A stretch of 64,000 bases of DNA from Nostoc sp. DedSLP01. Its GTDB lineage: Bacteria; Cyanobacteriota; Cyanobacteriia; Cyanobacteriales; Nostocaceae. Position 1 is the stretch's first letter; every line of letters begins with the position of its first letter. The position numbers and the translations under genes are program-made. The notes below the pieces were generated by a model, which worked only from the letters and a program-made list of their open reading frames with translations, made no database searches and had not been told where the DNA came from. The stretch is from the NCBI GenBank assembly GCA_034530875.2, contig JAVRCJ020000008.1, positions 32,001 through 96,000 of the forward strand, given 5' to 3'. This document shows, in pieces, positions 42,202 through 52,868 of the stretch.

Positions 42202-43169
42202 ATTTTTAGCAAATTTTTAACAAATATGGTTTTAACTGAGTCTTGGAACCGCAAATTAGGAGAAATTTGGCTGGATATGGCTAAGTATAGACCGATTAAA
42301 ACTATAGCAAAACCCATCAAATTAAAAAAACTTAACTGTTCGGAAAATATAACGAGAGCGAAAATGGCACTGAATACTGGCTCTAACAGATGCACCAAGG
42401 AGACAACCACAGAGGAAAACTTAGCAAGGCTATAAGTCAAAAGTCCGTGGCCTACGACTTGACAAATCACTGCTGGGGAAATCACCCAAAGCCAACCGTT
42501 TACTGAAGAAGGAAAAACTCGATCTTGAGTCAACAAAAGTATAGGGAATATGAGTAATGCAGCGATCGCGCAGACCCACAATTGAACGATCTCAGGAGAA
42601 AATTTAGTTCGTAATTGTTCTACGAGCAGCAGGTATCCGCCCAAGAAAATTGCTGAAACAATCGCTGCAAAGCTTCCTTGAACTTCGTCTTTAGCGATTT
42701 GTAGTTCCTCAAATTCAATAGCGATGGTTCCCCCAAGGGCGATCGCCATCCCCATCAAAAATTGGCTTTTAAAACACTGACGAAATAACAGCCACGCCCC
42801 TAAGCTGGTAAATATCGGGGCAAGATTATGTAAAACACTAGAGATAGCGACGGTAGTTTGAGTCAGCGACCAAGCCAAAAAGACTAAAGTCATACCCCAA
42901 CAAATACCAGCGCCTACTAATAGCCCAAAATCCTGACTGGTGTAAGATTGCTGTTCTACAGGTTTATCTGGGTCAAATTGCCCAGATATGGTTTTGTATC
43001 CATACCAAAACCCGAAGATTAAACTAGCAAGCCACAAGCGATTAAATACTGTGGCATTGGGGCTGATTTCAGTTTCGCTCAATCTTACAAAGATAGAGCC
43101 AAAAGATAGGGCGCCCACGCCTAGAAGTAATACCGCAAGCGCCATCTTCGTCTGATTGGATATATTCAT
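42198..43169 (-). CDS. DMT/EamA family transporter (tandem paralog)
   Basis: About 10 TM; AWSLTQTTVA, GHGLLTYSL, LLEPVFS. Confidence 0.9.
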   Translation of the reverse strand: MNISNQTKMALAVLLLGVGALSFGSIFVRLSETEISPNATVFNRLWLASLIFGFWYGYKTISGQFDPDKPVEQQSYTSQDFGLLVGAGICWGMTLVFLAWSLTQTTVAISSVLHNLAPIFTSLGAWLLFRQCFKSQFLMGMAIALGGTIAIEFEELQIAKDEVQGSFAAIVSAIFLGGYLLLVEQLRTKFSPEIVQLWVCAIAALLIFPILLLTQDRVFPSSVNGWLWVISPAVICQVVGHGLLTYSLAKFSSVVVSLVHLLEPVFSAIFALVIFSEQLSFFNLMGFAIVLIGLYLAISSQISPNLRFQDSVKTIFVKNLLKI

Positions 43170-43245
43170 TAGGAAAATTAAACTTAATTGATGACAAAAT
43201 TTTTCCGTTCTTAACCCAATTTCAGTCCGTAGTCTTCAATCGCTT

Positions 43246-44553
43246 TTACCCAACCCAATGTTCTTGGGCAAACCCTACAGCTATTTTGGCTAATAATGTC
43301 ACAAACAAGCCTAGTATAAAATATCCTTGGCGAGGATTGCGAGATAACAGCACACCAATGGCTATATTCAAAGGTACAATTCCATAAGCCAAACGGCTCA
43401 AGGAAATTGTACCGCCAGAGGCCAGCAACAAACCAATTCCACAAAAGCCATAAATAACTGTAACTGGGGTAAGTTGCCGACGTAAGCGCCACAAAGCAAA
43501 CCCACCACCTAAGACCATAAACAGGTTCAGCAAATTATTCATCCACTGTTCGCTTGCCAAGACGAACAAAAACACAACTAAAGCATAAAAGCCATAAACT
43601 AGTTTCCGAGCAATTGGATGTTTATGGAAGCGCCATAAAAGATAGCTACTACCAACAATTACAGTCACCAGCGAGGGATACCACGGGTCTTGAATGCCGC
43701 CAGATGGGTTTTGCACCCAACCAAATTCCCAATTCTTGCTGCCAACTACAACTTGCATGAGCATATTTAACCAACCCTGCCAATCAAACCCAAAGGAAGG
43801 CCGCCATCCCCGTTGTGCTTGGATAAAAGCTAAAGGGTTACGAAAATAAATCGCACAATACAAACTGAATAGAAGTACGCCAATAGCCGTGGCAAAAGCG
43901 GCAATATAAGCAATGCGGGGTCTGCGTTCTTTCCATGCTGCGATCGCCAATGCCGGAATCATTGCCATACCTGTAGGGCGTGTTGCTGTTGCCATCGCTC
44001 CCCAAAGCGCAGTCCAATGATATTCCTGGCGATCGAAAGCCCGCAATGCTGCCGTACTCAAAAACAAATACAGTCCTTCTGTGTAAATTACCGCCGTAAA
44101 CATAGACGATGGAAAGCAACAAACCACCGCACTTACCCACTGGGCAGCACTGTTGCCATAATGTTCCCTAACCCAAAAGTATAAACAATAAAGGGCTGCG
44201 AAAAATGCCAGATTGTTTACCAAAATGCCTGCTAATTCAAACGGCAAACCCAGCTTCATCAACACCCAGATACTTAAAGGAAACAGGGGAAAAAAGGCTA
44301 GATTATGCTGTTTGCCGTCATCAACGAATTCATAACCGGAAGTGACGATCGCTCGATAATGCATACTATCCCAGGCATCAAAAACTTCCCAGCCAAATCG
44401 AGGCACAAATGCATCTGCTGGTAACGGCAGCTTTGGTGCAACCAGCAACATCGCTATCCAAATGAATATTCGACTGGCAAGCCATATTGCTGCGGGATAT
44501 AGGAAATCAGTTTTCCATAAAATTTTTCTTATAGCTATCTGAACTTTGGCCAT
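43246..44553 (-). CDS. Mannosyltransferase family (PIG-V-like, GT-C) membrane protein
   Basis: WDSMHY, AFFPLFP, YTEGLYL, ATRPTG, AQRGW. Confidence 0.85.
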   Translation of the reverse strand: MAKVQIAIRKILWKTDFLYPAAIWLASRIFIWIAMLLVAPKLPLPADAFVPRFGWEVFDAWDSMHYRAIVTSGYEFVDDGKQHNLAFFPLFPLSIWVLMKLGLPFELAGILVNNLAFFAALYCLYFWVREHYGNSAAQWVSAVVCCFPSSMFTAVIYTEGLYLFLSTAALRAFDRQEYHWTALWGAMATATRPTGMAMIPALAIAAWKERRPRIAYIAAFATAIGVLLFSLYCAIYFRNPLAFIQAQRGWRPSFGFDWQGWLNMLMQVVVGSKNWEFGWVQNPSGGIQDPWYPSLVTVIVGSSYLLWRFHKHPIARKLVYGFYALVVFLFVLASEQWMNNLLNLFMVLGGGFALWRLRRQLTPVTVIYGFCGIGLLLASGGTISLSRLAYGIVPLNIAIGVLLSRNPRQGYFILGLFVTLLAKIAVGFAQEHWVG

Positions 44554-44776
44554 AGACTTGAGTATTTCAAAATACTACTTTATCCATCCTCTTATCTATG
44601 AATACAGTACAGGTAGCTTAAAGTTATCAGTAAGATTTTGCATCTTCAATCCTCCACCACACACAGTAACAAATCGAACAAATCGCCAATTACTAGAAAA
44701 TATTTTGTATTTTGCTTATTTTGGCAAATTTCTCAGCAATCATATCTAAAAGATGTCGTATTTATCAATACAAATT

Positions 44777-44945
44777 TAGTCATTAGTTATTAGTCATTAG
44801 TCATTGGTCATTAGTCATTAGTCATTAGTCATTAGTCATTAGTCATTAGTCATTAGTCATTATTTTTTTCTTCCCCTGCCTCCTGTGCCTCCTCTGCCCC
44901 CTCTGCTCCCCCTGCCTCCTGTGCCTCCTGTGCCTCCCCTGCCCT
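44777..44945. repeat. STRR tract (TTAGTCA)n followed by a 9-bp-period CCTCCTGTG/CCCCTGC tract
   Basis: About 12 heptamer copies at 44777-44862; pyrimidine-rich 9-mers at 44873-44945. Confidence 0.9.
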
Positions 44946-45030
44946 ATTAGTGTATCGATTATGGCGATCGCTGTGATTAAAGCGTCCTCAGCAACTTATA
45001 GTGGAATTGTCTGTAAATCCTTAAATAATT

Positions 45031-46227
45031 GTGAAAGCGATTACTCTTGTTGGTTCTACTGGTTCTATTGGGACTCAGACTTTAGATATTGTTAGTCAGT
45101 ACCCAGACCAATTTCGGATTGTGGGATTGGCTGCTGGGCGCAATGTCGAAATGTTGGCTGCTCAAATCCGGCAGTTTCGGCCGCAAATAGCAGCAATTTG
45201 CTTAGAAGACCAATTACCAGCACTTAAAGAAGCCGTTAAAGACCTCGATCCCCAACCGATTCTCTTGGGTGGTGAAGCTGGAGTTATAGAAGTCGCCCGC
45301 TACGGCGACGCCGAAACTGTTGTCACCGGAATCGTGGGTTGTGCTGGTTTGCTACCGACGATCGCAGCTATAGAAGCTGGTAAAGATATTGCTTTAGCAA
45401 ACAAGGAAACTCTAATTGCTGGCGGTCCCGTGGTTCTACCCCTAGTAGAAAAGCATGGCGTAAAATTATTACCTGCTGATTCCGAACATTCCGCGATATT
45501 TCAGTGCTTGCAAGGTGTGCCTAAAGACGGCTTGCGCCGGATTTTACTGACTGCGTCGGGTGGGGCTTTTCGGGATTGGGATGTAGAAAAGTTAGCAGAG
45601 GTGACTGTAGCTGATGCTTTGAAACATCCGAATTGGTCGATGGGGCGGAAAATCACGGTAGACTCTGCTACTTTGATGAATAAAGGATTGGAAGTAATTG
45701 AGGCTCACTTCCTGTTTGGCTTGGGTTATGAGGATATTGAAATTGTCATTCATCCCCAGAGCATTATTCATTCGCTAATTGAATTACAAGATACTTCGGT
45801 TTTAGCCCAACTAGGTTGGCCGGATATGCGCTTACCCATACTGTATGCTTTATCTTGGCCCGATCGCATTTACACCAACTGGGAACGCTTAGATTTGGTA
45901 AAAGCTGGAAATTTAACTTTCCGCGAACCAGATCATCAAAAGTATCCTTGTATGCAGCTAGCTTATGCTGTGGGTAAAGCTGGCGGTTCTATGCCTGCTG
46001 TGTTGAATGCTGCCAACGAACAAGCTGTAGCTTTATTTTTAGAAGAAAAAATTCGGTTTTTAGATATTCCTCGATGTATCGAATGGGTGTGCGATCGCCA
46101 TCAAAATGATAATCGTGCAAATCCCTCTTTAGATGACATTTTGGCAGCAGATAAATGGGCAAGACAAGAAGTTTTAACAGCAAGTGAAACTTTAGCAACT
46201 GACTCGCGCCTAATTTCTTTGCGATAA
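45031..46227 (+). CDS. dxr: 1-deoxy-D-xylulose 5-phosphate reductoisomerase
   Basis: [49 protein letters not shown]. Confidence 0.98.
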   Translation: MKAITLVGSTGSIGTQTLDIVSQYPDQFRIVGLAAGRNVEMLAAQIRQFRPQIAAICLEDQLPALKEAVKDLDPQPILLGGEAGVIEVARYGDAETVVTGIVGCAGLLPTIAAIEAGKDIALANKETLIAGGPVVLPLVEKHGVKLLPADSEHSAIFQCLQGVPKDGLRRILLTASGGAFRDWDVEKLAEVTVADALKHPNWSMGRKITVDSATLMNKGLEVIEAHFLFGLGYEDIEIVIHPQSIIHSLIELQDTSVLAQLGWPDMRLPILYALSWPDRIYTNWERLDLVKAGNLTFREPDHQKYPCMQLAYAVGKAGGSMPAVLNAANEQAVALFLEEKIRFLDIPRCIEWVCDRHQNDNRANPSLDDILAADKWARQEVLTASETLATDSRLISLR

Positions 46228-46267
46228 AAGCCTTTACTCAAATATTCAAAAGGCAGATTTTCTGTCT

Positions 46268-46327
46268 TTTGAGCAATTCTTGTTTAGCCTTCAGTCTAAT
46301 GCTGAGGCTAAACAAGAATTGCTCAAA
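46268..46327. terminator. Long hairpin between convergent dxr and hicB
   Basis: TTTGAGCAATTCTTGTTTAGCCT...AGGCTAAACAAGAATTGCTCAAA forms a 23-bp perfect stem. Confidence 0.65.
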
Positions 46328-46481
46328 TTTCTAACTCTCAAGAAATGCGTAGATGCACAGCGGTGAGGGGGTCGCAGTCTTGGCGGTTCCCGTCGATTGC
46401 GAACCCCCGAACCCGGAGGGCTTGTCGTCAGACATCGCACTCATGATTGATAATTATTTCTAATATTAACACTCACTTAAC

Positions 46482-46712
46482 TTACGCAACTAGCAACGGT
46501 TTTGTCGGAAGCATCCTTGGTTCTGGTAGTGGTTTGTTTTCGTCTTTCAACATTTCAACAAAAGTCTCAATTACTTCCTGACCATTTTTGGCTGCTTCTT
46601 CATAAGTCCTACCATGCGTATGAAATTGTTGCCACGGGAACTCAGGCAAGTGTACTAAAAAAAGTCTATCTTCCTCCGACCATTGAATTACCATACTGTA
46701 GTGATAGTTCAT
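46482..46712 (-). CDS. HicB-family antitoxin
   Basis: YSMVIQWSEED...VHLPEF...THGRTYEEAAKNGQEV...PLPEP. Confidence 0.9.
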   Translation of the reverse strand: MNYHYSMVIQWSEEDRLFLVHLPEFPWQQFHTHGRTYEEAAKNGQEVIETFVEMLKDENKPLPEPRMLPTKPLLVA

Positions 46713-46957
46713 TCTTCTGGCTCCTGTTTTTCTTCGGTTTGCGCGTTTTCCATTTCTTGCAGTTTTTTCAGCACCCGTTGGATGTTTTTTTCTAAATATA
46801 ACGGAGCATCATCACCGTCTTTACCCGGTATGGTTAGAGGTTCTTCAGGTAACAACGGATGCTTCCAATATGTATGACTTCCTTTACCTCTTCCTGGTTG
46901 AAGGATATAGCCGACTTTTGACACTATCGCTTTCAACTCTCTTACTTTTTTCGGCAT
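46709..46957 (-). CDS. HicA-family toxin
   Basis: MPKKVRELKA...GRGKGSHTYWKHP...TIPGKDGDDA. Confidence 0.88.
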   Translation of the reverse strand: MPKKVRELKAIVSKVGYILQPGRGKGSHTYWKHPLLPEEPLTIPGKDGDDAPLYLEKNIQRVLKKLQEMENAQTEEKQEPEE

Positions 46958-47012
46958 TACCTCTTACAGCCAACTCCTGATTTATTTTCTTTGCTAAAGA
47001 ATTCATAACTAT

Positions 47013-47222
47013 TCATCTTTTATTTTTCAAAATATTAAAAATTGCCTCCCTGTTGACTATTTCTGTATCCTCACCTTCTTTAATGGCTTTTTATAAAGCT
47101 ATATCTTCAATAATTTCTGCTAACAAATCAGCAAATACTTCTTTCTGTTCTTGGATAACTTCGGTGAGTGCAGTTTTAAATACTTGCTTAATTTTCTCTT
47201 CGTCAAGGTTAAGTTCTGTCAT
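47013..47222 (-). pseudogene. Small acidic antitoxin-like gene with internal TAA (absent from the ORF track)
   Basis: Reads MTELNLDEEKIKQVFKTALTEVIQEQKEVFADLLAEIIEDIAL*KAIKEGEDTEIVNREAIFNILKNKR; stop at 47091-47093. Confidence 0.65.
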
Positions 47223-47390
47223 ATAATTTCTTTCAGCTTTGGATTGATACTAGCATGGCGATCGCCTTTCAATATTACAAACGCGATAACTTCTCTACGA
47301 AACGCTCTTGCTAGTTTGCTTCATTGCAGGAGTACGTTAAGCTGTATGCGATCCCACTTTCTCTTCAATCTCAATAAATGCGTAGTGTGG

Positions 47391-50300
47391 CTATTTATTA
47401 TCAGGGCAAATTTCTTTTCGCATCTCAGGACGAGTAGCAAGGTAATCATCCAACCAATCACAACCTCGCTCTAACATTCTTTCTAGGTCATCAACTTCAA
47501 ATAAACGTATCATTCCATCATTACACGCAGCTACAAGCCTCTTACCATCAGGACTAAAACTCATCCAATTAACATAATTTCGAGGTCTATTTTCTTCAAA
47601 AATATTAAAACTATTAAAGTAGTTCCTTCCTTTCAATTTCCTATTATTTTGACCTAATTTAAATTCGTCAACTTGCCTTCCATTGAGGTTCCGCAATTTA
47701 ATTGTGCTATCAATTCCTGATGTCGCAAATATCTTGCCATTAGGACTAAAACGTACAGTTTTAACTAAACCTTGATATGGTTTAAATTCCGCAATTTTCT
47801 CTCCAGATAGTTTCCATAACCAAACTCTACCATAGTCTTTGTCTTTTTCATCATAACTAGTACTAGCAATTACCGTATCATCAGGATTATATATTGTATC
47901 GATAACTACTCCTTTAGGCACTTTGAATTCTTCTATTTTTTTGCCAGATAAATTATATACTTCTATCCAATACTCCTTAGTATCAATATTTTTATAGAAT
48001 GTACCAGCAAGAACTATTTTTTGATCATCTGAACTAAACTTCAGACTTTTAATTACCAGCTTCGTTGTGAATTCTTTAACCACTTCGTCTGATAAATTTT
48101 TTAACTGTATTGTAGTACAGCAATCTGAGTTATTAGTTGTATCTGGTATAATAAATAGGCTTCCATCCGAGCTAAAACTTATATAGTTGTCATAAGCATT
48201 ATACTGATAGCCTAATAGATATATTGGACTAAATTCTTTAAATTCCTTAAATAGCCGTGGTGTTGGTTTCGTCCTCAAATCCCATAAACGTACCATTCTT
48301 TTAAGAATGTTCTTGTTTTCCACTGTCGCAATAAACTTACTATCGGGACTAAAAGTTACACTAGAAACCTCATTCTTAGGCTGCTCAATCTCTGCATATA
48401 TTTTTCCAAACAAGTCCCATATCCTCACTATCCCATCTTGAGTAGTTGCAATGAATTTACCATCAGGACTAAAACTTACAGTCTCAACAATTTGGTCATT
48501 ATTATCAAAATTGATAATATCTGTATCTTTAAGCAAGTCAAATTCCTTTATTTTTTTTGTTCCTGATAAGTCAAACAACCTTACCATATTATCATTTCCG
48601 GCTGTTGCAAGTTGCTTACCATTTTGACTAAAAGTTGCATTGAAAATAATATTTGGACTAACCTTTAATTCACTTATTTGTTGTTCAGATAAATTCCATA
48701 AACGAACCTTACCATCACCGCCTCCAGTTACAAGTTGTTGATAATCAGGGCTAAAATTAACACTAAATATACTGTGAACTCCTGCTTTTATTTTTCTAAT
48801 TTCCTGTCCAGATAAATTCCAGAATCGTACTGTGTTATCACTACTGGCAGTTACAACTAAATCACTATTCGGACTAAAAATAACATCATTCACTCTACTT
48901 TCATGCCCTTTTAATTCGGCAATCATTTCTCCATCAAGCTTCCACAAACGTGCTGTGTTATCAGCACTGGCAGTTGCAATAAATTGACCATCTGGACTAA
49001 AATTAATGCTATTAATAATATCTGTATGACCTTTAAATTCAGCTATTTTTTCTCCTGACAAATTCCATAAAAATGCTTTATTCTTTTTTGAATATATCGA
49101 AAATGCTTCATTTCGAGATGCAGTAATAAGTAGCTTCCCATCAGGACTAAAACTTACGTGATCTGCAATATCCAAATCTGTTTGAAACTCTTGAAATTTC
49201 ACAAGCTTTTGCCCGGATATTTCCAGTAAAACTATTGAACCGTCACTTTGTGCTGCTGCAATTTGATTGCTGTTATGGTTAAAACTCACACTATTAAAAA
49301 TACAACTCCCATAACACTTCGACGTACCACTTGATTTTTTTCCATGAAACTCACTAAGTTTTTTCCCTTTGCTATCCCATAAAGTTAATGTTTCTCCTGC
49401 TGTTGCCAAATACTGACTATTAGGACTAAATATTACTTGCCGAGATGCAAAAGGAGGTGCTAAATATTGAAAATGGTTACGTTCTTTAATATTAACTAAG
49501 ATATTTTGTAAAGCTAACATTGGATTTAGAGCAGGATATTTTTCTAAATAACGACCATCTTTGACTTTCTGTTGTAGTTTTCGAGCAATTTCCATAGCTC
49601 TTACTAATGCTCCCAACGGGTCATTTTCAAATTGCTTTTGTACAAGCGCACCGTTTAATTCCAAATCTGCTGCTACTTCTGCTTCTCGCGCTTTGTTGAA
49701 CCATATCCCTGTTATGATTATCGTGATAATTAACCCGAATACTCCAATCAGCAATACCCGTCTTGTTATTTTTTGTAATTTGGTTAGCCGTTTATTTACT
49801 ACCTTTTCTTCAATAAGTGTATTTTCAAGATTTTGTTGTGTCTGTACCAAAAGCTGATTGGCTTTTCTTTCTTCTTGTAAAGTTATTTGCGTATTTTGTT
49901 GTGCTTCGAGCAAACGCCGATTAGTTTTCCTCTCTTCTTCTAAAGCCTGATTTTGTCTTGCTTCCGCCTCCTCAACCTTCTGATTTAACTCGGTTTCCAC
50001 ACTCGCAGACAAAAACCGATAATCAGCATTGCTTAATCTCTTTCCATCAGCCCAAAGACGAGCCTTTTCTAATTCTTCCCCCCATAACAAATAGGACTCA
50101 TCCTGATATTTACTCTCTTCCCAAGCCTTTAAATTATCAGCATAAAAACGTAACTTACCTAACTCATTATCAACCCAATTTAAATCAAAAACATTCTCAT
50201 AAATTTGGTTATAAACTCTCAACTTTCCCTGCTGTTCCACCACCAAACCAGTCAACCGTAACCTCATTTCTTCGAGACTGCGAACAACATTAATCTCACC

Positions 50301-51259
50301 CTGCTGCAAAATTTGCTGATATAAACCCAACAAACCCACAGCAATTAGTTCATTAGTAAGCATCCTATCCCGAATATTTTTTAAATGCTTTTGCTCATCC
50401 TCCGCTTCCCAATTATCAATAATTCCATTCCTCACCACCCCTTCCACCCATTTTTCTCTCCTCGTCGCTAGCTGATTAGGCTTCTTCAAATCCCGAATTA
50501 ACAAATTACAAACCTTTTGCGTCAATAAAGGCTGTCCCCCCATCCAAGCTAAAACCTCTCGCATCAAAGCTTGAGGATTCTCCACTTTCCCCTCTAACCC
50601 CTTTGCCAAAGGTGCAGTTTCATCTAATTTAAAACCATAAACTTGAATTGCTGTACCAATATTAAACGGCGTTTTTGCGTCATCTTTAATTAAATCTGAT
50701 GGTGTTGCTACCCCAACTAAAGCAAAAGTCAAACGTCTATATTCAGATTTAAAAGAGCGTCTTTGATAGCAACTTCTAATCAAAGCAAAAAAATCATCTG
50801 CCGGAAAATCTAAACGGAGAATGCTATCGATTTCATCGATAAAAATCACAATATTTTCGCGAACATTTGGTAGTAACAACTCATCAAAAAGTTTCCCCAA
50901 ACGTCGTACCGGAGCAATTTCGATAGATTTGTCCCACCACACTGTTAAATCTTCTGGTTCAATAAAATTCAGTTCAGTCAACAGGCTATCAATAATACTT
51001 CCATACCACTGCTCAACGGTCATACCCTGACTACCCAATCCCGAAATATCAATCACAGCACAAGCAAAACCATCAGCTTGTAACTGTTTCATCGTCCGCA
51101 CCAACAAACTCGTTTTTCCCATCTGCCGGGAGTTAAAAACATAACAAAGCTCCCCTGCCTTCAATCCGTAATAAAGGTCAGAATCGGCTTGCCGTGTGAC
51201 ATAGCTGGGAGCGTCTTCTTCTAAACTACCACCAACTTATACTCGTAGTCTCCCGTCAT
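47391..51259 (-). CDS. AAA_35-type NTPase + coiled coil + TM + WD40 repeats; apparent 1-nt frameshift after codon 7
   Basis: [31 protein letters not shown], many FSPDG...W repeats. The conserved N-terminus [18 protein letters not shown] is in frame upstream of 51164 but out of frame with ATG 51259. Confidence 0.85.
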
Positions 51260-51319
51260 AATTTAATTTCTAATAGAAAATAATTACATCGATGCCTATC
51301 TTGAGTTTAATTTCGACAA

Positions 51320-51392
51320 TATTGAGTACGTATTGAGTTGTTATTGAGTTGTAATTGACTTGTATCAGTTGCTATTGAGTTGTAATTGACTT
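51320..51392. promoter_or_regulatory. Direct-repeat cluster (ATTGAGTTG-like, ~11-bp period) in a divergent promoter
   Basis: TATTGAGTAC, TATTGAGTTG, TATTGAGTTG, AATTGACTTG, TATCAGTTG, TATTGAGTTG, AATTGACTT. Confidence 0.6.
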
Positions 51393-51449
51393 TACCAAAT
51401 AAATAGTTATCCTGTAAGCTAAATTGCATCGTGTTTTTATTACTCAGCT

Positions 51450-52796
51450 ATGCCACGCGGAATTAGAGTTCGTACAGAGTGCATTCCCCTCGTTAAGCAA
51501 AGAATGAGACAAAAAGGCTTTGCCCGTCAAATTGATTTAGCTGAGAGAATCAGTCTAGCGCAATCAACAGCTTACAGTTTTCTTAATGGAAAACGAATTT
51601 ACTACCTCAATTTTTTAGAATTTTGCAATGTATTAGACTTTGAAGTTCAGGAAATTGCTGATTTTGAAGATCTGGCAGATACACATACACAAAAACCCCA
51701 AAAAATAGAAAAAATAAATAATTATTCATTTTCTCCCTCCTTACTCTCTACTTACGAACTCGAATATCCAGAAGGGGAAGTAGCATTAAATTCTCCCTTT
51801 TATGTAGAACGTCCTCCCATCGAACAGCGCTGTTACGAAGAAATCAAAAAACCAGGTTTCCTAATTCGGATCAAAGCACCGCAGCAGATGGGTAAATCTT
51901 CACTCCTAGCGCGGATTTTGCATCAATCAGAAAATCAAGGAAATATAACAGTAGCTATCGATTTTCAGCTAGTAGAAGAGGAGTTTTTCTCAGACTTAAA
52001 TAAATTTCTGCACTGGTTTTGCGATACAGTTACCGAAGCAGTTGCGGGAGATAATCGAGAATTACTCGAAAAATTGCTGCAACAACTCGATGAGCATTGG
52101 AAATCGGTACAGCGCTTTGGCTATATGAAAACTTGTAAAAATTACTTTGAGCGCTATTTATTTCGAGAAATCAACCAACCGTTAGTTTTAGGCTTAGAAA
52201 CAGTTGAGAGATTATTTGAATATCCCAAAATATACAGTGATTTTTTCGGATTATTACGCGCTTTACACGAAGAAGCTAAACGTCGAGATATCTGGAAAAA
52301 ACTTCAATTGGTGTTAGTATATTCCACCGAAGCCTATGTACCAGTAGATATAAACCAATCACCATTTAACGTTGGCTTGCCAGTCGAATTACTAGAATTT
52401 ACCCACGAGCAAGTTAAAGATTTAGCCCAACGGCATCAACTCAAATGGAGCGATACAGAGGTAGGAAAGTTGACAGAACTGGTGGGAGGACATCCATTTT
52501 TAGTGCGTTTAGCTCTGTATAAAATTGCTCTGGAAAAAATCAATTTAGCGGAGTTTTTGCAAACCGCAGCTACAGCACAAGGCATTTATAGTAAACATCT
52601 GCAACGTCTAGAATCTATTTTGCAGCAACAACCAGAATTATGGGATGCAATGCAAAAGGTTGCTTCTAGTAATAGTCCAGTACATTTGCCCAATATCATC
52701 AGATTTAAATTATATAGTCTTGGACTAGTAAAGTTACAAGGTGATGAAGTAACGCCAAGATGCGAGTTATACCGTCAATATTTTCGCCGTAATTAA
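51450..52796 (+). CDS. XRE-like HTH + AAA_35 NTPase protein
   Basis: RQIDLAERISLAQSTAYSFLNGK; SPFYVERPPIE, IKAPQQMGKSSL, QSPFNVG, GGHPFLV. Confidence 0.85.
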   Translation: MPRGIRVRTECIPLVKQRMRQKGFARQIDLAERISLAQSTAYSFLNGKRIYYLNFLEFCNVLDFEVQEIADFEDLADTHTQKPQKIEKINNYSFSPSLLSTYELEYPEGEVALNSPFYVERPPIEQRCYEEIKKPGFLIRIKAPQQMGKSSLLARILHQSENQGNITVAIDFQLVEEEFFSDLNKFLHWFCDTVTEAVAGDNRELLEKLLQQLDEHWKSVQRFGYMKTCKNYFERYLFREINQPLVLGLETVERLFEYPKIYSDFFGLLRALHEEAKRRDIWKKLQLVLVYSTEAYVPVDINQSPFNVGLPVELLEFTHEQVKDLAQRHQLKWSDTEVGKLTELVGGHPFLVRLALYKIALEKINLAEFLQTAATAQGIYSKHLQRLESILQQQPELWDAMQKVASSNSPVHLPNIIRFKLYSLGLVKLQGDEVTPRCELYRQYFRRN

Positions 52797-52868
52797 AAGG
52801 GCTATTTAACTCAATTAACTCAATTAACTAAATTACAACGCCAGTTTGTACTCAAGTCTCGCTTGTAG

